Shown here: positions 9,173 to 17,692 of the stretch, in pieces | Position numbering within the stretch: the first letter of the stretch is position 1 | Layout of the letters: every line of letters starts with the position of its first letter | Assembly (NCBI GenBank): GCA_013331805.1 | Contig: DUFS01000064.1 | Location: forward strand, 1-31,356 | Direction of reading: 5' to 3' | Length of the DNA stretch: 31,356 nucleotides | DNA from: Candidatus Micrarchaeota archaeon | GTDB taxonomy: Archaea > Micrarchaeota > Micrarchaeia > Anstonellales > Anstonellaceae | Notes under the pieces: generated by a model | Seen by the model: only the letters and a program-made list of their open reading frames with translations | What the model was told of the DNA's origin: nothing | Databases searched by the model: none | Program-made: the position numbers and the translations under genes

Positions 9173-10132
9173 TTACCCGGGCAGGCTAAGCTCCCCGCAG
9201 GGGTCGGTGCCGATCTTCACCGGCACATTCGCAGCCAGGGCCGTCTTTCCTTTGCACTGGATTTCGTAGATGAAGTCAGTGGAGGAAGGTATGCTCTCCA
9301 CCTTTATTTCGTGCGGGATGTCATAGCACTTGTACTTCAGAAGATCGCTTCCGGAGTAGCCCCTTCCTGACACGCGCGCCTTGTACGAATATTCCCCCTT
9401 TACCATCTCAAAGCTGCTTCCTAGCACAAAGCACTCGCGGGCTTTGTCAAACACCTCGAGAAGCGTGCTTCCGCACCTTTTCCCGTTCACCTCGGCGTAG
9501 ATGTCAATCGTGCCCGTTGTGTCAAACCTACACACCCTGCCCGAGTCCACCATGCCAGCCATCTTCTCGGAAACCATGCTTGTCCCGCAAAGATATGAGA
9601 GCACGTCGTTGGAGTTGGGGGTGTAAGCCTGAACTGTGACCTGCGTTGTGCTGCCCTTGGTTATTCTGGTTGGGGCAAGAAGCACGGTGCACTTGATTTC
9701 GCTGGTCGGCGATCCCTTTCCAAACGATTCCAAAAAGTCCGCCCTGCCGCATTCCTTTCCGTCAAGCAATCCGATCACGGGGTTTGGCAGGTCCAGCCTG
9801 TTGCAGAAGTAAAGCTCTCCCGATTTTTCAGCAGGGGTTCCGCTCGGGCAGATGACCTGCAGGCTCTTTGTCGAGGAGGTCTTGACCATCACATAATAGA
9901 CGCTTGAGGAGTCTTTCTGGAACTCCACAGTGCACTTGCCTTCCTCCATTGCAGGCGGAGGCTCTGCTGGCGGGGTTACAGTCGTATTGTTCACTTGCAC
10001 TGGCGGAGTAATTGGCGGCTGGGCAGGCGGCGATGCTGGCGGCTGCGCAGGCGGAGCTTGGGGCGGCTGCGAAGCGCAGCCCGCGAAAAGCAGCATCGCC
10101 ACAATTGATAGCACGAACAGGATATTCCCCAT
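9173..10132 (-). CDS. Lipoprotein with Pro-rich linker and three 4-Cys beta domains (319 aa)
   Basis: GGAGGTG SD; lipobox LLFAGC; PPQAPPAQPP linker; 12 Cys in three similar units. Confidence 0.85.
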   Translation of the reverse strand: MGNILFVLSIVAMLLFAGCASQPPQAPPAQPPASPPAQPPITPPVQVNNTTVTPPAEPPPAMEEGKCTVEFQKDSSSVYYVMVKTSSTKSLQVICPSGTPAEKSGELYFCNRLDLPNPVIGLLDGKECGRADFLESFGKGSPTSEIKCTVLLAPTRITKGSTTQVTVQAYTPNSNDVLSYLCGTSMVSEKMAGMVDSGRVCRFDTTGTIDIYAEVNGKRCGSTLLEVFDKARECFVLGSSFEMVKGEYSYKARVSGRGYSGSDLLKYKCYDIPHEIKVESIPSSTDFIYEIQCKGKTALAANVPVKIGTDPCGELSLPG

Positions 10133-10268
10133 ATATGCACCTCCCGGCTGCAAATGCGCTGCAAATCTATTTATTTGGTTGCATACAAATCCTAAAAGTG
10201 TGGTATTTAAGTAAATATTAGTTAAGTATATAAATGTGTTGCAATAAATGTAATGATGAGGTGTATTA

Positions 10269-11567
10269 ATGGAACACATCAGCCGAAGGAATTTCCTCAA
10301 AATTACTGGCATGGCAGTGGCAGCCACGGGACTCACGCACGCTGCAAAGAATCCACTGGTACAAAAATTAATGGCACTTGACAGCAAGCTGAAATTGGCA
10401 GTGTATGAGCAGATAGTGAAGAACACCTCGAATTTCAGGTTCAGCGGAAATTACAGGGGCGACGTTTCGATTTTCTCAGACCAGGTTCGAAAATTCCTTG
10501 AGCAAGGAGGGCTTTACAGGACTGAAAAAAGGCCTGCAAGCTCAAAGGATTTTTCCACCGTTCTTCACATAGACAAGCAAATGTGGTTCGCAACAGGCAC
10601 AAAAAATGTTGTCACGCCAAGCGGCCAGCAAACAACCAAGAACGTTTACACGGTGGTTAAGCCTGGCATCCATGTTTACAATTATGACACCGAAGCCCGC
10701 CTCACGCTCAAGAGGCTTGGCGAGGACAAGGAAGCGCTCAGGATAACACTGAACCCAATTGACCGAACCGGAATTCTTTCAAATGCTCCAGTCAGCCTCA
10801 GCGCAACGGGCAACATCGAGAACATGAAAAACCTCATGCAAGCCATAAACAGCACAGTCGAAATTTACAGGGGCAACAAGGAGATGGCGCAGGTTATGGA
10901 AATGGCGCTTGATGCGCTCTACTCAAAAGGGAATGCAGGATCTGGCATTGCAAAAGAAGGCTATTATCAGAGCGATTCAGGAAAACTGGCGGCAAAAACG
11001 CTTGTCCGCGAGTTGATGAAGGACATGGAGGAAATGGAAGTCAGGAATTCTTCCGAGCGGATTGCAAAAATGACAGTGCCGTTCGTACTGTTTTTTCCGC
11101 TTCACATTCTTGGAAGCCGGACAAATAATATTGACCAGGCGCGCAGGGAACTTGTGGCAGCCAACAACACAGTGGATAACCTGCTTGTTTCGTTCCAGGT
11201 TGAAAACAAGAAGCTGGTCATGGTTGTTGAAAACGGCACAGAATTCGAAAAAGGGGCCGCCTCCTACAATCCGACAATACAGTACAGGATGGCTGGCACC
11301 AATGGCAATTACGTGCAGTTCAAGAACAGCTACGAAAGCCAGATCATAGGCCTGACAGATGGCTTAGACTACGACAACTCCAAGGCATCCAAGGAGCCGC
11401 AGACTGAGTACGATAGGAAAATCTTATACAGGATGGGAACAGGAACTAATGGCATATATGGGATCGGCAAGCCCAACATGCCCAAGCTCTTTGTGGTAAA
11501 CATAGAAGCGCCTGCGGAGCAAATTGCCAAGCTCTTCCTTGCTGGTTACGAGCAGGCTTCAAAGTAG
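10269..11567 (+). CDS. Hypothetical protein with twin-arginine signal motif (432 aa)
   Basis: MEHISRRNFLKITGMAVAATGLTHA; GAGGTG SD; very AT-rich promoter region 10200-10260. Confidence 0.8.
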   Translation: MEHISRRNFLKITGMAVAATGLTHAAKNPLVQKLMALDSKLKLAVYEQIVKNTSNFRFSGNYRGDVSIFSDQVRKFLEQGGLYRTEKRPASSKDFSTVLHIDKQMWFATGTKNVVTPSGQQTTKNVYTVVKPGIHVYNYDTEARLTLKRLGEDKEALRITLNPIDRTGILSNAPVSLSATGNIENMKNLMQAINSTVEIYRGNKEMAQVMEMALDALYSKGNAGSGIAKEGYYQSDSGKLAAKTLVRELMKDMEEMEVRNSSERIAKMTVPFVLFFPLHILGSRTNNIDQARRELVAANNTVDNLLVSFQVENKKLVMVVENGTEFEKGAASYNPTIQYRMAGTNGNYVQFKNSYESQIIGLTDGLDYDNSKASKEPQTEYDRKILYRMGTGTNGIYGIGKPNMPKLFVVNIEAPAEQIAKLFLAGYEQASK

Positions 11568-11589
11568 GGAGCTGTGCCTTTTTTCATCT

Positions 11590-12168
11590 TTATTGCTTTT
11601 TGGTAGCAAACACAATGTAAGCAGTATGCGTGAGCCCGGTGTTCTCGGGCCGCACGCCCGCAGACCTCACCAAATAATTCCTCACAATCGACTCGACCAT
11701 CTGCATGTCAGAAAAGCCGGATGCTTCGCAAGCCTCGTAGAATCTCCTCGCCTGCTCTATGTGCGGAAGATAGCCCATTACCATGCCTCCTTTGCGCAGA
11801 GCCTTATGCGCATGCGGCACGACCTTGTCAGAGTCTGCAAGGTCCAGCGTCACCAAATCAATTTCAGTTTCATCCATGCCGTCAAAAACGTTCTTCCTCT
11901 TTATCTCCACTGACTCCGATACCCCTGCGCGCTTGGCGTTCTTTTCAGCCAATTCCGCAAATTCCTCGCGCCATTCGTAGGAAATTACCCTCTTTGCCAC
12001 ATTGCCAAGCGCAACAGCAAGCCACCCTGAACCTGCGCCTGCGTCCACCACAAGCGAGTTCTTGCCCACCCCCGAATAGGCAAGTATGATGCCTATGTCC
12101 TTGGGCAGCACCACCTGGGGCCCGCGCTTGCATTTTTTGAGTATTTCAGGGAAAAACAAACGAATCAC
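11590..12168 (-). CDS. trmI: tRNA (adenine-N1)-methyltransferase, TrmI/GCD14 family
   Basis: KRGPQVVLPKDIG, VVDAGAGSG SAM motif, LDLAD, RP...HTAY; probable GTG start at 12168 after GAGGGT. Confidence 0.85.
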   Translation of the reverse strand: MIRLFFPEILKKCKRGPQVVLPKDIGIILAYSGVGKNSLVVDAGAGSGWLAVALGNVAKRVISYEWREEFAELAEKNAKRAGVSESVEIKRKNVFDGMDETEIDLVTLDLADSDKVVPHAHKALRKGGMVMGYLPHIEQARRFYEACEASGFSDMQMVESIVRNYLVRSAGVRPENTGLTHTAYIVFATKKQ

Positions 12169-12205
12169 ACCCTCACTTGCCAAATTCGCGTTCGCAAGTA
12201 ACCAA

Positions 12206-12628
12206 TCACTTCTTGCCCAGCTTCTCAGCCAATTTCTTGTCCGAAAGCGCCAGTATCCTTGCAGCCAAAAGCGCGGCATTCTTTCCATTGTCAATTCCCA
12301 CTGTTGCAACTGGAACGCCTGGAGGGAGCTGCATGGTGGAAAGGAGCGCATCCAATCCGTCCAGTTTCACGTTCACGGGCACACCGATTACCGGCTTTGC
12401 GGTTTTTGACGCAATCACTCCTGGCAGGGCAGCTGACAATCCAGCAATGCCGATGAACACTTTTGCGGATGATTCCTTGATTAATTTGTCCAAAAGATCA
12501 GGGGTCCGGTGAGCTGAGGCGACCTTGATTTCATTTGAAATGCCAAGCGGGTCCAGCGCTTCCTTTGCTTTGGCTGCTATTGGCATGTCGGATTCAGAGC
12601 CAAGCAGGATAAGGACGTCCACCATCAT
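12206..12628 (-). CDS. purE: N5-CAIR mutase / AIR carboxylase PurE
   Basis: [37 protein letters not shown]. Confidence 0.95.
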   Translation of the reverse strand: MMVDVLILLGSESDMPIAAKAKEALDPLGISNEIKVASAHRTPDLLDKLIKESSAKVFIGIAGLSAALPGVIASKTAKPVIGVPVNVKLDGLDALLSTMQLPPGVPVATVGIDNGKNAALLAARILALSDKKLAEKLGKK

Positions 12629-12643
12629 TCACACCTCCCAATT

Positions 12644-13519
12644 TCACCGTTCGAAACTTTTTCCAGTCAGCTTCTCGTAAGCCTCAACGTATTTTTCCGA
12701 TGTTTTCACAATCACTTCCTGCGGCAGATTGGGCGCAGGGGGTTTTTTGTCCCAGCCCGTTGACTCCAGGTAATCCCGCACGAACTGCTTGTCGTATGAA
12801 GGCTGATTCTGCCCTTCTTTGTACAAGTCAGAAGGCCAGTAGCGCGAGGAGTCCGGAGTGAGCACTTCGTCAATCAGGATAATTTTGCCGTTGTAAAGCC
12901 CGAACTCGAATTTCGTGTCTGCCAGGATTATCCCCCTTGTGCGGGCATAGTCTGCCGCAGTGGAATAGATTTTCAGGGAAAGGGATTTTACTTCGTCATA
13001 GGTTGCGTCCCCGACAATTCTCCTCCCTTCCTCGTCGTTCACGTTTATGTCATGCCCCACGTCCGCTTTTGTGGAGGGCGTGAAAATCGGGGAGGGCAGC
13101 TTGCTTGAATTTTTCAGGCCAGATGGCAATTTGACGCCGCACACAGTTCCGCTTGAATTATACTCCTTAAGTCCCGAGCCTGCCAGGTAGCCGCGGACAA
13201 CGCACTCGAGCTTGATGGGAGCGGCCCGCTTCACTATCATGCTCCTTCCTTTCAGGTAGGAAGGCAGGCCGGATGGCATTTCCGTTGAAATTAGGTGGTT
13301 TTCCACCACGCCTTTCAGCTTCTCGAACCAGAATAAGCTAAGCCCGGACAGTATCTTTCCTTTGTAGGGTATGCCTTCGCTGAAAACAACGTCAAATGCT
13401 GACAGGCGGTCGGACGCCACCATGAGCAAGTTGCCGCCATCAAGTTCGTAGGTGTCCCTGACCTTTCCGCGCGAAAAAAGCTTGAGCGGAAGTTCTGTCT
13501 TAGTGATGACTTCTTCCAT
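12644..13519 (-). CDS. purC: SAICAR synthetase PurC (long form)
   Basis: GKVRD, SDRLSAFD, ECVVRGYL, ADTKFEFG, DEVLTPDSSRYW, DKQFVRDYL. Confidence 0.96.
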   Translation of the reverse strand: MEEVITKTELPLKLFSRGKVRDTYELDGGNLLMVASDRLSAFDVVFSEGIPYKGKILSGLSLFWFEKLKGVVENHLISTEMPSGLPSYLKGRSMIVKRAAPIKLECVVRGYLAGSGLKEYNSSGTVCGVKLPSGLKNSSKLPSPIFTPSTKADVGHDINVNDEEGRRIVGDATYDEVKSLSLKIYSTAADYARTRGIILADTKFEFGLYNGKIILIDEVLTPDSSRYWPSDLYKEGQNQPSYDKQFVRDYLESTGWDKKPPAPNLPQEVIVKTSEKYVEAYEKLTGKSFER

Positions 13520-13551
13520 GCCCACACCGAAGAAGAATTGACTGGGAATGT

Positions 13552-14415
13552 TTAAATTAGGCTCGCGGCGTAGCCTAGAAGTCCGATTGCAAGCGCAAGA
13601 AGGGAGGTTTTCCTGGCCGACTCGAAAGTTTTTTGGGTGGGCTTTTTGGAAACCTCAACCGCCATGAAGGCGAATGCAAGCGCAGTGAGCGTGACTGCCC
13701 CCAGGGAAAGGGTGTTCATGGGAAGCCCGAAGAAATAGGGCAGGAAGGATAAGGGCACCAGCAGGGCATAGCAGACCTGCGCGCCGAAAATCGCGTTTGC
13801 CTTTCCCACCAGCGCAGGCAGGGTGCTGGACTTCCTGTGCTTGACGTCCCCTTCCACATCCTCCACTGTCTTGATTATTTCCCTGCCCAAGCCGGCAATA
13901 AATGCCACGTCTGCTATCGCAAGCAGGGGGAGGAATGACATATCGGACACAATGATATTGCCGAACACAAACGGGATTGCCATGGAAGATGCTATGTAGG
14001 CGTTCCCAAGGAGCGCCACGTCCTTCAGAAGCAGGTTATAGAGCATTGAGAACAATGCAAAGAAGACGGCTATGAAAAGCGCGTTGGCAGGGAGCGGCAC
14101 TGCTGCGCCCACACCAATAATATAGCAAATGGCAGACGCAGCCAAAGCATTCTTGGGCTTGATATCGCCTGTAACAATGGGGCGGTCCAGACGCCTGTTT
14201 TCCCTGTCAGATTTCACGTCCCAGTAATCGTTGAGGGCAAACGAGCCCATTTCGATGAAGAGCGGCACTGCAAGGGAGAGGAGGATAATTTCAATCGTGG
14301 GAAGCGGGATATCGAAAGCGTCGGCTGTCAGAAGCTCTGAGAATAGCACAGCTGCGGCAAGCATCAGTGCATGCTCGATCCTGAACAGCCGCTTGTAGGC
14401 AAGTATCTTCTTCAT
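13552..14415 (-). CDS. UbiA-family prenyltransferase, probably DGGGP synthase
   Basis: NDYWDVKSDRENRRLDRPI and REIIKTVEDVEGD Asp-rich motifs; multiple TM helices. Confidence 0.85.
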   Translation of the reverse strand: MKKILAYKRLFRIEHALMLAAAVLFSELLTADAFDIPLPTIEIILLSLAVPLFIEMGSFALNDYWDVKSDRENRRLDRPIVTGDIKPKNALAASAICYIIGVGAAVPLPANALFIAVFFALFSMLYNLLLKDVALLGNAYIASSMAIPFVFGNIIVSDMSFLPLLAIADVAFIAGLGREIIKTVEDVEGDVKHRKSSTLPALVGKANAIFGAQVCYALLVPLSFLPYFFGLPMNTLSLGAVTLTALAFAFMAVEVSKKPTQKTFESARKTSLLALAIGLLGYAASLI

Positions 14416-14446
14416 GCTCTTCCTTTGCAGCCGAGGTTATAAATGC

Positions 14447-15481
14447 TTATTTCGGCTCCTGCTGGGTCACGCAGTGTATGCCCCCGTAACCATAAACCAG
14501 ATCGCGGCAGGGGATGGGCACGACTTCACGATTGGGAAAGCAGCCCTGCACAATTTCAATAGCCTTCGCATCATTCCTGTCGTTGAATGTTGGGAGAAGC
14601 ACGCAGGAATTCGCAATGTAGAAATTGGCAAAGCTTGCAGGAAGGCGCCTGTTTTCCGCCGGATCAATTGCTGGCGTGGGCATGGGAAGCGGAATTGCCT
14701 CGAAGCCGGATTCCGAAAGAAGCGCTTCATTCCTTTTCAGGACAGCGTGGTTGCTTTCGTGTTCATCGTCCTCTCTGGCGCATAAGACGCTGTTTTTCCC
14801 CACAAACCTTGCAAAATCATCCACATGCCCGTCAGTATCGTCCCCATCAATGCCGTCCTTCAGCCAGACAATCCTATTTGCACCCAGGTAGTCGCAAAGG
14901 TATCGCTCAATCTTCAATTTGGAAAGCGCGGGATTCCTGTTCTTGTTGAGAAGGCATTGTTCCGTTGTGATGAGCGAGCCCTGCCCGTTCACGTCAATTG
15001 AGCCGCCTTCCATCACAATGCCCGGGCGGAAAACCTCCATGCTGCCTTTGAAGCTATCCGCTATGGCGTCTCCAGTGCTATTGTCCAAAAGCAGGTCATC
15101 GTACTTGTTGCCCCACGCATTGAATTTCCAGCGCACTGCCGATCTTTTGTTTGTTTTCCTGTCCGAAAGAAAGGTGGGCCCGTAGTCCCGCATCCAGACA
15201 TCAACGCTTTTTATCATGAAAAAAAGGACAGTGCCGCCCATTACCCCTTTGCTTTGCAGGATTTTTTCAACGCGCTGTTCTTCCTCTTTGCTGTCAACGA
15301 GGAGCTTCACTTTTTCGCCCTGCTGCAATGCGCCTATCATCTTGCAGTAGGCATCTTCCACCCTCCTGATTATTGCAGGTGGGAAAGTTTCCTCATTTTT
15401 TGGCCAGCAAAGCCAGGTTGCCTCGTGCGGTTCCCACTCTGCTGGCATGGAAAATCCCAAGGAAGAAGGAGTTGCCGCCAT
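14447..15481 (-). CDS. aguA: Agmatine deiminase
   Basis: MPAEWEPH, WMRDYGP, FNAWG, EGGSI, DDTDGHVD, GGIHCVTQQEP; alternative ATG at 15493. Confidence 0.95.
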   Translation of the reverse strand: MAATPSSLGFSMPAEWEPHEATWLCWPKNEETFPPAIIRRVEDAYCKMIGALQQGEKVKLLVDSKEEEQRVEKILQSKGVMGGTVLFFMIKSVDVWMRDYGPTFLSDRKTNKRSAVRWKFNAWGNKYDDLLLDNSTGDAIADSFKGSMEVFRPGIVMEGGSIDVNGQGSLITTEQCLLNKNRNPALSKLKIERYLCDYLGANRIVWLKDGIDGDDTDGHVDDFARFVGKNSVLCAREDDEHESNHAVLKRNEALLSESGFEAIPLPMPTPAIDPAENRRLPASFANFYIANSCVLLPTFNDRNDAKAIEIVQGCFPNREVVPIPCRDLVYGYGGIHCVTQQEPK

Positions 15482-15489
15482 GCTTTTCC

Positions 15490-16356
15490 TCATTTTTTCC
15501 GGCTGATTATTCCTTTATACCGGTCCGGCCTCCTGTTATGGAAGAAACGCCAGCCCTCGCGCACCATTTTGCCATGCTCAAGGTCGATTGCAGCTATCAG
15601 CACTTCCTCCTTGCTTCCTGCGCGCGCGATTGTTTTGCCGAATGCGTCGCACACGAACGAGCCGCCCCAAAAATCCATCTTTCCCTCTTTGCCGCACCTG
15701 TTAACCGCTGCAACTGCCATGCCGTTTGCAATTGCGTGCCCGCGCATTACGTTTTCCCATGCTGACTGCCAGCTCCCCTCTGATTGTTCCATGCCATCCA
15801 CAGTGCCTATTGCAGTAGGGTATAATACCATGTCCGCCCCCAACAGCGCCTCGCACCTGGCAGCTTCAGGGTACCATTGGTCATAGCAAATGAGGGCCCC
15901 TATGTTCCCAAAGCCGGTTTTGAAAACCTTGAAGCCCAAGTTCCCCTCGTCAAAATAGTCCTTTTCGAAAAAACATTCATCCTGCGGTATGTGGATTTTC
16001 CTGTATTTTCCAATCAGCTTGCCTTTCTCGTCAAATGCGGTCGTTGTGTTGTATAGTCTTGATCCGTCTTTCTCATATATCGAGCCGCCCACAATCACAA
16101 CCTTGTTTTCCGATGCAGCATTGGAAAGGGCAAGGGTTGTATTCCCAGGCACCTCTTCGGCTTGAAAGGCGGCTTCCCGCTTCCCCCCACGTTGCTGCGC
16201 GAAATACGGGGCTGTGAAAAGTTCTGGCAGGCAAACCACTTCTGCCCCCATTCCCTTTGCCTTCTTTATCATGCCCAGCGCACGCTCAAGGTTTTCCTTC
16301 TTGCTTTCACCCATGCGCATCTGAATCAGGCCCAAAACGACTCGTTTGCCCTGCAT
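15490..16356 (-). CDS. aguB: N-carbamoylputrescine amidase (carbon-nitrogen hydrolase)
   Basis: LPELF, YRKIHIP, ICYDQWYPEAAR, YPTAIG; coupled to aguA. Confidence 0.9.
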   Translation of the reverse strand: MQGKRVVLGLIQMRMGESKKENLERALGMIKKAKGMGAEVVCLPELFTAPYFAQQRGGKREAAFQAEEVPGNTTLALSNAASENKVVIVGGSIYEKDGSRLYNTTTAFDEKGKLIGKYRKIHIPQDECFFEKDYFDEGNLGFKVFKTGFGNIGALICYDQWYPEAARCEALLGADMVLYPTAIGTVDGMEQSEGSWQSAWENVMRGHAIANGMAVAAVNRCGKEGKMDFWGGSFVCDAFGKTIARAGSKEEVLIAAIDLEHGKMVREGWRFFHNRRPDRYKGIISRKK

Positions 16357-16429
16357 TTATCTGCCTCGCGGTGTTTCTTCATGTGCAATCTTTAAAAACT
16401 GTCTAATGCACCTTTTGGCGGGAGTGAAA

Positions 16430-17692
16430 ATGGAAAAGAAATCGTCCGCAATCCCGGGCCTGTACAAGATGGACAGGAAAAAGAGGATAGATGGGGCAGT
16501 GGATGCTTCAGGGCTTAATTCCGAGCAGAAAAAACTTTTGGAGTCAGACTCGCCCTTGCCCTTCTCCTCGGCAGAGAAAATAATAGAAAACGTCCTTGGC
16601 TTCCATGCACTGCCCTTTGCGGTTGCAACGAATTTCATAGTGAACGGACGAGAAGTGCTGGTGCCCATGGCAATCGAGGAGCCCTCGGTGGTCGCAGCCG
16701 CGTCCAACGGGGCGAAGCTTTGCAGGGACACCGGCGGCTTTTCCGCGAACGCCGACCCGCCTGTTATGATCGGCCAGGTGCAGATTGTGGGGATGAAGGA
16801 CGCGAAGAATGCGGCCGAGAAGCTAAACGCCGCCAGGGCAGAAATCCTCAAACATGCAGAACCGTTTGCCGCCAATATTGCTTCTTACGGCGGGGGATTG
16901 CGGGGCTTTTCTGCGCGGGCAATTGAAACAAAGCGCGGCGGCATGGTTATTGCTGAGTTCCACATTGACGTTCGCGACTCCATGGGCGCGAACACGGTGA
17001 ACACGATTTTGGAAGGGGTTGCGCCTAAAATCGCCGAAATTGCAGGGGGCAAGGCGCGGCTGAGGATACTCACGAATTTGGCTGTGCTCCGCTTGGCAAG
17101 AGCGACTGCCATTTGGAAAAAGGAGACCATTGGGCAGGACGCGGTGGAAGGCATACTCGACGCCTGGGCTTTTGCCGATGCGGATATTTTCCGAGCATCC
17201 ACGCACAACAAGGGCATTATGAACGGGATTGACGCAGTGGCGGTTGCAACCGGGAACGACTGGCGCGCGGTTGAGGCAGGCGCGCACTCCTATGCGGCAA
17301 TGGGGGGGAAATACGGCCCGCTCACCCGCTACAAAAAGCTTCCGAACGGCGACCTGCATGGCGAAATCGAGCTTCCGCTTGCAGTCGGGACAGTGGGAGG
17401 GGCCACGCGCTCGCTTCCCTCGGCAGGAGTCGCCCTTGCAATTCTTGGCGTGAAATCAGCAGGCGAGCTTTCGTGCATAATGGCATCGATCGGCTTGGCG
17501 CAGAACTTCGCAGCGCTCAAGGCGCTCTCAACAGAAGGCATACAGCGCGGGCACATGGCGCTCCATGCAAAAAACGTGGCGATTGCCGCTGGCGCAAAAG
17601 GCGAATCGGTGGACAGGGTAGCCGGGCAGATGGCAAAAGAGGGGAACGTCTCAACCAGGCGCGCTGAGGAATTGCTCAAGAGCTATGAATAA
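16430..17692 (+). CDS. mvaA: Class II hydroxymethylglutaryl-CoA reductase
   Basis: ENVLG, EEPSVVAA, DSMGAN, THNKGIMNG, EGIQRGHM; GGAGTG SD before the ATG at 16430. Confidence 0.95.
   Translation: MEKKSSAIPGLYKMDRKKRIDGAVDASGLNSEQKKLLESDSPLPFSSAEKIIENVLGFHALPFAVATNFIVNGREVLVPMAIEEPSVVAAASNGAKLCRDTGGFSANADPPVMIGQVQIVGMKDAKNAAEKLNAARAEILKHAEPFAANIASYGGGLRGFSARAIETKRGGMVIAEFHIDVRDSMGANTVNTILEGVAPKIAEIAGGKARLRILTNLAVLRLARATAIWKKETIGQDAVEGILDAWAFADADIFRASTHNKGIMNGIDAVAVATGNDWRAVEAGAHSYAAMGGKYGPLTRYKKLPNGDLHGEIELPLAVGTVGGATRSLPSAGVALAILGVKSAGELSCIMASIGLAQNFAALKALSTEGIQRGHMALHAKNVAIAAGAKGESVDRVAGQMAKEGNVSTRRAEELLKSYE

Noticed and set aside
10133..10426. N-terminal extension of the lipoprotein ORF
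   Set aside because: Runs through the divergent promoter and the neighbouring gene; SD and lipobox support the ATG at 10132
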